Shown piece after piece: positions 19,992 through 30,113 of a stretch of 32,000 nt of DNA. The notes beneath the pieces were generated by a model. The model saw only the letters and a program-made list of their open reading frames with translations, had not been told where the DNA came from and did no database searches. The stretch comes from Buchnera aphidicola str. APS (Acyrthosiphon pisum). GTDB taxonomy: Bacteria; Pseudomonadota; Gammaproteobacteria; Enterobacterales; Enterobacteriaceae. How positions within the stretch are numbered: position 1 is the first letter of the stretch; each line of letters opens with the position of its first letter. A program made the position numbers and the translations under genes. Location of the stretch: assembly GCF_000009605.1 (NCBI RefSeq), contig NC_002528.1, positions 570,001 through 602,000 of the forward strand. The letters are read 5' to 3'.

Positions 19992-21423
19992 TATTTTTCA
20001 AAAAACAATTTTTTATACTTTTGAAAAGAAAAATCTAATAATTGTTTTAATAACACTACTTTTTCTGTATTATTAGAATATTTTTTTAATAGAAATTGAA
20101 TATTGTTTTTATATTCTTGAAAAGAAACTGGATTTAAAACATTCATACAATGTTTTAACCATATTTTTTTTTCATTATCATCTAATGTATAAAAAAATTA
20201 CGAGCACGATAACGGAAAAATAAATTTTTTAAACGAGAATCATGAAAATTACAAAAAATATGTTTTAAAAAAACTGGATCAGTATTTCTGATGATTTGTA
20301 TTTTTTTTTTATCTTTTGAATTAAAAAAACCATTATATATTTCTAAATCAACATTAAAAAATTGATTAGTATTATTATTTTTAGAGAAAATAATCTTTAT
20401 ATTTTGAATAAAAAACATATTTTTTTTAATTAATTCAATCTTTTTATTTAATGAAAATCTATGAAAGTTCAATCGATTATAATCTTCTTTTCTAATTACT
20501 TGAATTGGAGCCAAAATAGGACAACGATTTAAGTGCAATAATACTACCCCTGAATCGAGTAAATTTTTGATAAAAATACTATCAAAACATATTTTTTTGC
20601 ACATATTTATTAGTGTTTTAATATCTTTAAATAAATCAATAGCGATTAATATATTACTATTGTTTTCATGCCATGCTATAGGAAGTATACAACTCATATT
20701 ATGATAGATAGCGCCAAAATAAGCGGAAATATAAATTATTGGTTGAAAATTCCTTAAATCAATTAATTTATATAATTCATTTTTTTTTCTTATTTTAAAA
20801 AAAAAGTCAAAAAGTCTAGGTTGTTTTTTCTTGACAAGCTTTGCTATTTCAATAGTCGCATAAACATCTGAAACAGCATTATGTGCATTTAAATGAACAA
20901 TATTGTTTGTCTTTGTTAAATCTGATAGTTTAAAACTTGTTAATCCTAATTCGTTTTTAGGCCAGTTTATACCAGTGGGTCTGAGCGCATAACAAGCTCG
21001 TAATAAATTCAATATATCCCAACGAGAATTTCCGTTTTTCCAACTCCATTCATAAGGGTCAAAAAAATTTCGATAAAATATATTTCTTGTAATTTCATCA
21101 TCAAAATTAATATTATTATAACCAACAACACAAGTATTCGATTGCATTAAAATATCATATATTTTTTGAGAAAAATTATATTCATTAGTTCCATTTTTTT
21201 CTGTATATTGAGGGGTGATATGAGTAATTAAAACAGAACCGGGGTCAGGTAAATAATCATCTGACGGAAAACAGTAAAAATACTGCGGATCATCTATTAT
21301 ATTTAAATTTATGTCTGTTCTGATACATGCAAATTGAGCGGGTTTATCTAAAGCTGTATGTATCCCAAAAGTTTCATAATCATAAAATAAAAAATTAGGT
21401 GTTTTTTTTTGGAATTGTATCAT
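19988..21423 (-). CDS. sbcB: exodeoxyribonuclease I, with its reading frame interrupted at a 7-nt homopolymer (frameshifted, a possible pseudogene or truncated product)
   Basis: Homology starts at MIQFQKKTPNFLFYDYETFG (ATG at 21421-21423) and runs to ...FRYRARNFFIH* (stop at 20182-20184). A further 69 stop-free codons in another frame (FFYTLDDNEKKIWLKH...VVLLKQLLDF...EKY*, stop at 19988-19990) align to the ExoI C-terminus. The frames meet at the run 20191-20197. Confidence 0.88.
20191..20197 (-). repeat. T7 (coding strand) / A7 (+ strand) homopolymer at the sbcB frameshift site
   Basis: I counted seven consecutive A residues on the + strand (tataaaaaaattacg). Confidence 0.95.
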
Positions 21424-21502
21424 TTTAAATTTCAATAAAATAATTAAATAAAATATTGAATCCTTAGAAAATAAATTCAATTGATAAAAAAGGTTTCTCA
21501 AC

Positions 21503-21811
21503 ATGTCAGATACAAAAAAATCATTTAAAAACGTATTAGAATTCGTACATAAGTTTAGAAGAAAAAATAAAATTAAAAGAGAAATTAGTGATATTGAAAA
21601 AAAAATAAGAGATAATCAAAAGAGAATATTACTTCTAGATAATCTTATCCAATATATTACGTTGGACATGAATTATGAAGAAATCAAAAAAATAATTTTT
21701 ATGATGAAAAGTGATTATGAAGACCGAATAGATGATTATATTGTTAAAAATGCCGAGCTATCTAAGGAAAAAAGAAATTTATCAAAAGAATTAAAGTTTA
21801 TTATTAAATAA
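21503..21811 (+). CDS. yeeX: UPF0265/DUF496 family protein YeeX
   Basis: 102-aa [45 protein letters not shown]...[21 protein letters not shown] matches my recollection of E. coli YeeX almost motif for motif. yeeX lies near sbcB in E. coli. Confidence 0.8.
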
Positions 21812-21819
21812 AAATTTTT

Positions 21820-21892
21820 CTCCTCCGACTGGATTCGAACCAGTGACATACGGATTAACAGTCCGCCGTTCTACCAACTGAACTACAGAGGA
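21820..21892 (-). tRNA. tRNA-Asn (anticodon GUU)
   Basis: The reverse complement TCCTCTGTAGTTCAGTTGGTAGAACGGCGGACTGTTAATCCGTATGTCACTGGTTCGAATCCAGTCGGAGGAG forms a cloverleaf with anticodon loop CU-GTT-AA. It closely matches E. coli tRNA-Asn. No CCA is encoded. Confidence 0.93.
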
Positions 21893-22026
21893 ATTAAAAT
21901 ATATATACCAAAAATTTTTATGTGTGTCAAATATATAAAAATTTTTTTTTAAAAAAAAATAAAATTTCTAAAAGAATTCTAGATTATTATAAAAAATTGA
22001 TTTATAGTAATAAGGTTGAAAAATAT

Positions 22027-22099
22027 GGCCCTTTAGCTCAGTGGTAAGAGCAGGCGACTCATAATCGCTTGGTCGCTGGTTCAAATCCAGCAAGGGCCA
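22027..22099 (+). tRNA. tRNA with anticodon CAU, most likely tRNA-Ile2 (lysidine-modified, ileX-type)
   Basis: GGCCCTTTAGCTCAGTGGTAAGAGCAGGCGACTCATAATCGCTTGGTCGCTGGTTCAAATCCAGCAAGGGCCA is nearly identical to my recollection of E. coli ileX. It is unlike the initiator or elongator tRNA-Met acceptor and anticodon stems. Confidence 0.8.
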
Positions 22100-22192
22100 T
22101 AAATAAAAATAAAATTATTCTAATTTTTAATTTAAGTTTTTATATATAAAATTTGCTGGGAAATGTTTAAAATTAATTAGGATTCAATTTTT

Positions 22193-22834
22193 ATGGACTG
22201 GAAGAAAGAATTTATTGATTTTTCTTTTAAAAAAAAAGTACTAAAGTTTGGAGTTTTTCAATTAAAATCAGGACGAATTAGTCCCTATTTTTTTAATTCA
22301 GGACTACTATCTACAGGGATAGATATTATTAAAATTGGTTTATTTTATGCTCGCTCTATAATAGATTCGAAAAATAAATTCGACGTTTTATTTGGACCGG
22401 CATATAAGGGAATCCCTATAGCTGTAGCCACTTCCATAGCCTTAAAAAATCACTATAATTTAAACGTACCATACTCTTTTAATCGAAAAGAATATAAAGA
22501 ACATGGAGAAAAAGGCGATCTCATTGGAAGCACAATATACAAAAAAAGAGTTATTATTTTAGATGATGTAATTACATCGGGAACTGCAATACATCATTCC
22601 ATTAAAATAATTGAGAAACAAGAAGCAAGTATTTCTTCGATATTCGTACTTTTAGATCGCAAAGAAAAAGGAATAAGAAAGTTATCTACTATCAACCATT
22701 TTAGAAATCAAAAAAGTTATAAAATAATTTCAATTATTACAATCGACGATCTAATAGAATATGTATTAGAAGATAAAAAATTAAAAGAACATATACCACA
22801 ATTAATAAAATACCGTGAAAAATACGGCATATAA
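22193..22834 (+). CDS. pyrE: orotate phosphoribosyltransferase
   Basis: 213-aa ORF, collinear with E. coli PyrE (LKFGVFQLKSGRISPYFFN). The PRPP-binding motif is VIILDDVITSGTA. Confidence 0.94.
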   Translation: MDWKKEFIDFSFKKKVLKFGVFQLKSGRISPYFFNSGLLSTGIDIIKIGLFYARSIIDSKNKFDVLFGPAYKGIPIAVATSIALKNHYNLNVPYSFNRKEYKEHGEKGDLIGSTIYKKRVIILDDVITSGTAIHHSIKIIEKQEASISSIFVLLDRKEKGIRKLSTINHFRNQKSYKIISIITIDDLIEYVLEDKKLKEHIPQLIKYREKYGI

Positions 22835-22845
22835 AAATTTTTTTA

Positions 22846-23310
22846 CTAAATTACTCCGGATACTCCAGAATGACCAAATCCCTTTTTAGAACGGGAAGTT
22901 TCATTAAAATTTTTTACTAATAAAAAACACGGCCTAATGATTGGGACAAATATTATTTGCGCCACTCTATCATGCGGGTTAACGTAAAAATCTTGATCAC
23001 TACGATTCCAGAGAGATATCATCAATTGACCTTGATAGTCAGAATCAATTAAACCAACTAAATTACCTAGTACAATACCTTTTTTATGACCTAGTCCAGA
23101 CCTAGGCAAAATTAACGCTGTAATATTAGGATTAGCAATATATATAGCTATACCAGTAGGAATTAAAATAGTTTTATGGGCTTTTAGTTTTACTGTTTCA
23201 TCTAAACAAGCTCTAAGATCTAAACCAGATGATCCTAAAGTTGCATATGAAGGTAAAGAAAAATTATTTTTCATACGTGAATCTAAAATTTTTATTTCAA
23301 TATTGCTCAT
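22846..23310 (-). CDS. dut: dUTP diphosphatase
   Basis: 154-aa ORF with dUTPase motifs ([42 protein letters not shown]-like C-terminus). Confidence 0.94.
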   Translation of the reverse strand: MSNIEIKILDSRMKNNFSLPSYATLGSSGLDLRACLDETVKLKAHKTILIPTGIAIYIANPNITALILPRSGLGHKKGIVLGNLVGLIDSDYQGQLMISLWNRSDQDFYVNPHDRVAQIIFVPIIRPCFLLVKNFNETSRSKKGFGHSGVSGVI

Positions 23311-23353
23311 AATAAAATTATATCTTTCTTCAAATTAAATTGTTAAATTAAAA

Positions 23354-24103
23354 TTATAATGCGGACGCATAAAAACCAGAATTAATAAAAGAAACACGTG
23401 AAGACAATGAATAATTTAAATTGCCGCCTGTCCATGTTTGTACTTTTCCACCAGCCGCTATAACAATAGCATGACCAGCGGCAGTATCCCATATATGAGT
23501 ATCACCAAATCTGGGATAAATTTGAGCAGTTCCTTCTGCTATTAAGCAAAATTTTAGTGATGAACCCATTTTTTTTATTTTACAACATTTTATTTTTTCT
23601 AAATAATTTTTCAAGGTTTCATTAGGATGTGAACGGCTAATCACTAATAATGGTGCTTCTGCTTGAGCAACATTAATCTTTTTCTTTGATCCAAATTTTT
23701 CTTCTTTCCACGCGTTGTCATAAAAAGCAGAATATAGAACATCAAAAAAGGGAGCGTATATTACACCGAGTATAGGGACACCGTATTCGATCAAACTAAT
23801 ATTAACTGTAAATTCACCATTTTTTTTTAAAAATTCTTTAGTTCCATCTAACGGATCAACTAACCAATAACTATTCCAATTACGACATATTTCAAAATTA
23901 TATGATTCTTCTTCAGAAATAATTGGAATTTGAGGAGAAATTAATGAAAGTCCTTTTTTGATGATATTATTGGCTGCATAATCAACATCGGTGATGGGAG
24001 TGTTATCTGGTTTATATGAAACATTTATAAATTTTTGAGAATTATAAAGTTTCATAATACAATGACCTGCAGAACGTGCTAATTGACAAATTTTATCTAA
24101 CAT
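23354..24103 (-). CDS. cysQ: 3'(2'),5'-bisphosphate nucleotidase CysQ
   Basis: Part of ORF 23354..24151. Homology starts at MLDKICQLARSAGHCIM, and motifs WLVDPLDGTKEF and WDTAAGHA are present. The 16 upstream codons overlap the rplI 3' end, so the start is set to the ATG at 24101-24103. Confidence 0.9.
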   Translation of the reverse strand: MLDKICQLARSAGHCIMKLYNSQKFINVSYKPDNTPITDVDYAANNIIKKGLSLISPQIPIISEEESYNFEICRNWNSYWLVDPLDGTKEFLKKNGEFTVNISLIEYGVPILGVIYAPFFDVLYSAFYDNAWKEEKFGSKKKINVAQAEAPLLVISRSHPNETLKNYLEKIKCCKIKKMGSSLKFCLIAEGTAQIYPRFGDTHIWDTAAGHAIVIAAGGKVQTWTGGNLNYSLSSRVSFINSGFYASAL

Positions 24104-24137
24104 TTTACGCCATATATTATTAATAGTATCAAAAAAA

Positions 24138-24590
24138 TTAATTTTTTGCAATTATTTTCACAATGAAATTAATAGAGACTTTACTGTGCGGCTGAAAAAC
24201 AACTATATGCTCACCAACTTGACGTAGTAAACCGTTAGGTAATCGTATTTCTTTTTTATTAATTTTAATACCTAACAATATGATCTCTTTAATGATGTTT
24301 CTGACTCCTACTGAACCAAATATCTTACCTTCCTTTCCAACTTTAGATAAAATTGTTATAGAATTTATTTTTTTTAATTTTTCCGCTCTTGACTGTGCTA
24401 TAAGAAGCTCGTTAATCTTTTCTTTTTCTAATGCTATACGTTGAGCTTCAAAAGATTCAATATTTTTTTTATTCGCTAAAATTGCTTTACCTTTGGGAAT
24501 TAAGAAATTTCTTGCATAACCAGATTTGACATTGATGACTGCACCTGAATCACCTAGTTTTTTTATTTTAGATAAAAGAATTACTTCCAT
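24138..24590 (-). CDS. rplI: 50S ribosomal protein L9
   Basis: 150-aa ORF. MEVILLSKIKKLGDSGAVINVKSGYARNFLIPKGKA is the typical L9 N-terminus. The gene follows rpsR. Confidence 0.95.
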   Translation of the reverse strand: MEVILLSKIKKLGDSGAVINVKSGYARNFLIPKGKAILANKKNIESFEAQRIALEKEKINELLIAQSRAEKLKKINSITILSKVGKEGKIFGSVGVRNIIKEIILLGIKINKKEIRLPNGLLRQVGEHIVVFQPHSKVSINFIVKIIAKN

Positions 24591-24638
24591 AATTTATTAT
24601 CCCTTGTTTTATAATGTAATAATTTTAAAATATTATCT

Positions 24639-24866
<228 letters not shown>

Positions 24867-24991
24867 TTATTTTTCCTCTAAAATTATTTAGAATAATGAA
24901 ATTTTTGTACTATTTTCTAATTATTCATATTGTAAATTTTTAATTTTATTAATATGTTTTATATTTTTTAACAAAAGGCTGGTATATGAAA

Positions 24992-25333
24992 CTATTTTTT
25001 CTCTTTTTTATCATCTTTTAATTTTAAAATAGGTGATAGTTCGACTATTGCTTTTTTCACAGACATGATCATATTACGAAGGATGATGTTATTGAAACGA
25101 AAATCTGTTTCTAGAAGTGTGATAGTTTTAGGAAAAACTTCTATGTTCATTAAAATATAATGTGCTTTTTGTAATTTATTAATTGAATAAGATAGCTGAC
25201 GTCTCCCCCAATCTTCTAATCTATGTATGATGCCATTGTTATCATTAATAATTTTTTTATATTTTTCTATAAGCAGTGGTATTTTGTCGCTTTGATCAGG
25301 ATGAACCATAAATATTATTTCATAATGACGCAT
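24992..25333 (-). CDS. rpsF: 30S ribosomal protein S6
   Basis: Part of ORF 24992..25393. Homology starts at [15 protein letters not shown]. An AAGGAG SD sequence (complement of 25341-25346) precedes the ATG at 25331-25333. Confidence 0.94.
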
Positions 25334-25498
25334 TAAAATGCTCCTTTTGGTTTTATTTAGCTTCCTCATAATATGAAATGTAATTTTATGCAAATTTTCA
25401 AGGAAACAAGGAACTTTTTTAAAATTACAGATGAATATTTTATACTATTTTAATTTTTTAAAAAAATCAATAATTTTTGATAAATTTAAAAACGAAAA

Positions 25499-27694
25499 TC
25501 AACTAGATTTATATAAAGACAATTCTATTTTCTTTTCATTCAGATTAACAGAAATTACTTTTACTTTTAGAGCATCGCCAAGACAATAAGTATTCTTGGT
25601 AGATTTACCGATTAATTTTAATCCTAAAGAGTCAAAATAATAATAATCATCATTTAAAGAATTGATATGAACTAGTCCATCAATAAAAAACTGATTTAAG
25701 CGGACAAAAAAACCAAATGTAGTTACGTTAGAAATAACACCATTTAGTATACAACCGATTTTTTTATACATAAAATCACATTTCAACCAATCAATGACAT
25801 CTCTATTTGCTTCATCTGCACGTCTTTCAGTTATAGAACAGTGTGCTCCTATTTTTTTTATTTCACCCGTACTATATAAATGAGCACTATAAAAATTATA
25901 ATTACTTTTTGATGTATTTTTATCTTTAAATAACAAATATTTGATAACTCTGTGTAATATAAGATCGGGATAACGTCTAATAGGTGAAGTAAAATGAACA
26001 TAACTAGATAGAGATAAACCAAAATGTCCACGATTATCTGGAGAGTATACAGCTTGCGTCATAGAACGTAATAATACAGTTTGTATCATTTCATATTCAG
26101 GACGATCAGAAACATTTTTTAATAAATTTGAATAGTGGACAGATTCAGGGGAATCCCCTCCTAACAATGTAAAACCTAATTCATTTAAAAATAAACGCAA
26201 ACTAACAACATTATCTTTTTTAGGACGATCATGATTACGAAATAAAACAGGATATTTATATTTCTCAACAAAGCGAGCTGAAGCTACATTTGCTAAAATC
26301 ATACATGATTCAATAAATTTATGTGCATCATTTCTAATATTTTGATAAATACTTTTAATTCGAAGGTTAGAATCTAAAACAAATTTAGGTTCTATATTTT
26401 CAAAATAAATACCTTTTTTAGAAATATTATCTTTATTAAAAATGTTCTGTAAACATGATAAATTTTCAATATCTTTTAAAAATTTTTTATATTTAGAACG
26501 TAGAAAAATATCGCCATTCCAGATTTTAAAAATCTCATTATACGTAAATCTTCCATGAGAACATATAATCCCTTCATAGTGTTTATAACTAATTAGTTCT
26601 CCTTGTTTTGATAAGCTCATTTCACATATTAAACATAAACGTTCTACATTAGGTTTTAAAGAACATAAATCAGTAGAAATTTTTTCTGGCAACATCGGAA
26701 TCACTAATGAAGGAAAATATACAGATGTTCCTCTTTCTAATGCTGCTTTATCTAAAGGAGTATTAGGTTGGACATAACAGCTCACATCTGCAATAGCTAC
26801 CCATAAAATCCAACCTTCTTCTGGATTTGCTTTTCTTTTACAAAAAACAGCATCATCAAAATCGCGAGCATCTTCATCATCAATTGTAAAAAAAGGGAAA
26901 TGTCGTAAATCTGTACGATTTTTAAAATCATATTGATTTATTTTTCTACTAATTTCGTATACTTGTTTCTTTACTTCTTTTGACCATAAAGAAGGAATTA
27001 AGTGTGTACGCAGTGCTATCTCTATAGCTAAATTAGTACCCATTTCTTTACCAAGAATTTCTACTATAAATCCTTGTACTCTGCTATTTCTTATAGGATG
27101 TTGTTTTAATTTTACTGATACGATAGATCCTATAGAAATATCGTCTTTAATAGCTGAGAAAATAAAAATCTTAAAATTAAAACGCGTATCATCTGGAATT
27201 ACAAATTTAATTTTATCATCAATATAATATCTACCAACAATCAATATATTGTTGGGTTGTAATAACTTTAAAAATCTTGCTGAACTCCTTCTTTTTCCAT
27301 GAGTTTCGACTATATGTGCAAGAATAATATCGCCATGAATACAGGACTTCATCTGTTCTGATGACAACCATAAGTCTTCTTTTAATGTTTCTGTTCTCAG
27401 AAAACCATAACCATCTCTGTGTCCTATAACTTTTCCTTTGACAATTTTGAGGCTTTCAGGAGCAACATAACAACGATTACTAGTATATATTACTTGACCA
27501 TCTCGTTCCATTGCTCTTAATCTTCGACGTAATGCTTTTTTTGATTCTTGATTATTAATACCGAATTTTTTTTCTAAATTTTTTTGACTTATCAGATCTT
27601 GAGATGTTCTCAGACATGATGAGATATATTCTCGACTTGGAATTGGATTTTTGTATCTTTTAGCTTCTCTTTTTTGGTAGGGATCTACTACCAT
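25499..27694 (-). CDS. rnr: ribonuclease R (VacB)
   Basis: Part of ORF 25499..27736. Homology starts at MVVDPYQKREAKRYKNPIPSREYI, with a GGAG SD sequence upstream. The RNB domain (HFGLSLSSYVHFTSPIRRYPDL) and a C-terminal S1 domain are present. Confidence 0.93.
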   Translation of the reverse strand: MVVDPYQKREAKRYKNPIPSREYISSCLRTSQDLISQKNLEKKFGINNQESKKALRRRLRAMERDGQVIYTSNRCYVAPESLKIVKGKVIGHRDGYGFLRTETLKEDLWLSSEQMKSCIHGDIILAHIVETHGKRRSSARFLKLLQPNNILIVGRYYIDDKIKFVIPDDTRFNFKIFIFSAIKDDISIGSIVSVKLKQHPIRNSRVQGFIVEILGKEMGTNLAIEIALRTHLIPSLWSKEVKKQVYEISRKINQYDFKNRTDLRHFPFFTIDDEDARDFDDAVFCKRKANPEEGWILWVAIADVSCYVQPNTPLDKAALERGTSVYFPSLVIPMLPEKISTDLCSLKPNVERLCLICEMSLSKQGELISYKHYEGIICSHGRFTYNEIFKIWNGDIFLRSKYKKFLKDIENLSCLQNIFNKDNISKKGIYFENIEPKFVLDSNLRIKSIYQNIRNDAHKFIESCMILANVASARFVEKYKYPVLFRNHDRPKKDNVVSLRLFLNELGFTLLGGDSPESVHYSNLLKNVSDRPEYEMIQTVLLRSMTQAVYSPDNRGHFGLSLSSYVHFTSPIRRYPDLILHRVIKYLLFKDKNTSKSNYNFYSAHLYSTGEIKKIGAHCSITERRADEANRDVIDWLKCDFMYKKIGCILNGVISNVTTFGFFVRLNQFFIDGLVHINSLNDDYYYFDSLGLKLIGKSTKNTYCLGDALKVKVISVNLNEKKIELSLYKSS

Positions 27695-27823
27695 ATTTAC
27701 TTCTCCATGTATATTGTTTATAATATAATTATACACTAATAAATTTAAATCGATTTCTTCTTATATATTTATTGAGAACGCAACTAAAATAGGAATTAAT
27801 ATTCAATATTTGATGTAAAAGTT

Positions 27824-29155
<1,332 letters not shown>

Positions 29156-29174
29156 TTAAATATCATGATTGAAA

Positions 29175-30113
29175 TTATAAATTTTTAATGTTGATCATAT
29201 TTTTAATATATCGAAAAAATTGACTATCTGAATCAATTAACATAATATTACGATTATTTTTAAAACTATTTTCATACGCGCGCAAACTACGAATAAAAAA
29301 GTAAAAATCTGGTTCTTTATTAAAATTTTTTGCAAATAATTTAGTTACTTCTGCTTCTCCCTGACCTTTTATTATTAAAGCTTCTTTTCGTGCTTCTGAT
29401 AATATTATAGATACTTTATAATCTGCTGATGCACGTAATTTTTCCGCTTTCTCTTGTCCTTGAGAACGTTGACTTCTAGCTACAGCTTCTCTTTCAGCTC
29501 GCATCCGATTGTATATAGCATCAGAAACTTCAACAGGTAGATTAATTTGTTTAATACGTACATCTACGACGTGAATCCCTAGTGCATTCATACTGTTAAC
29601 ATTAATTAAAGAGCTCTTTTCTAAATTCATACTACCTTTATTTAATGAATTTAAAACATCAGTTGTTAATCTACCTCTTGAATCAGTAACAATTTCTTTA
29701 ACATTAAGACGACCTATTTCAGAACGTAAACGATCACTAAATTTTCTTTTTAGTAATACTTCAGCTTGGAAAACATCTCCACCTCCAGTTGCCAGATAAT
29801 AACGACTAAAATCATTAATACGCCATTTTATATATGAATCTACAATAAGATCTTTTTTTTCTTTCGTAACAAAACGATCGGCTTGATTATCCATGGTATG
29901 AATTCGTGCATCTAACATTTTCACTGTTTCTAAAAATGGCCATTTAAAATGTAATCCAGGATTATATACTACTGTCTTTAGTTCATTATTACGGAGAACT
30001 TTTCCAAATTGTAAAACAATACCACGCTCTCCTTCTTTTACAATAAAAAAAGAAGAAGACAATATAAGGAATAAAACACTAGATGCAAAAATAAGAATTT
30101 TGTTCATATTCAT
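29175..30113 (-). CDS. hflC: FtsH protease modulator HflC
   Basis: 312-aa ORF with an SPFH/band-7 domain. The long stretch DNQADRFVTKEKKDLIVDSYIKWRI..FSRYYLATGGGD is near-identical to E. coli HflC. The start ATG overlaps the hflK stop (ATGA). Confidence 0.94.
   Translation of the reverse strand: MNMNKILIFASSVLFLILSSSFFIVKEGERGIVLQFGKVLRNNELKTVVYNPGLHFKWPFLETVKMLDARIHTMDNQADRFVTKEKKDLIVDSYIKWRINDFSRYYLATGGGDVFQAEVLLKRKFSDRLRSEIGRLNVKEIVTDSRGRLTTDVLNSLNKGSMNLEKSSLINVNSMNALGIHVVDVRIKQINLPVEVSDAIYNRMRAEREAVARSQRSQGQEKAEKLRASADYKVSIILSEARKEALIIKGQGEAEVTKLFAKNFNKEPDFYFFIRSLRAYENSFKNNRNIMLIDSDSQFFRYIKNMINIKNL

Noticed and set aside
20161-20184. Apparent second lesion in sbcB (an in-frame TAG plus a frameshift at the A9 run 20164-20172)
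   Set aside because: Careful recounting shows the TAG and the A9 run are both read harmlessly (TTA GAT ... GAA AAA AAA ATA) once the frame is shifted at the T7 run upstream. One event suffices.
21980-22026. Possible promoter for tRNA-Ile2 (TAGATT-17 nt-TATAGT, or TTGATT-18 nt-AAATAT)
   Set aside because: The better -35 (TTGATT) pairs with a -10 that abuts the mature tRNA 5' end. The other pairing has a poor -35. Neither is distinguishable from background in this AT-rich DNA.
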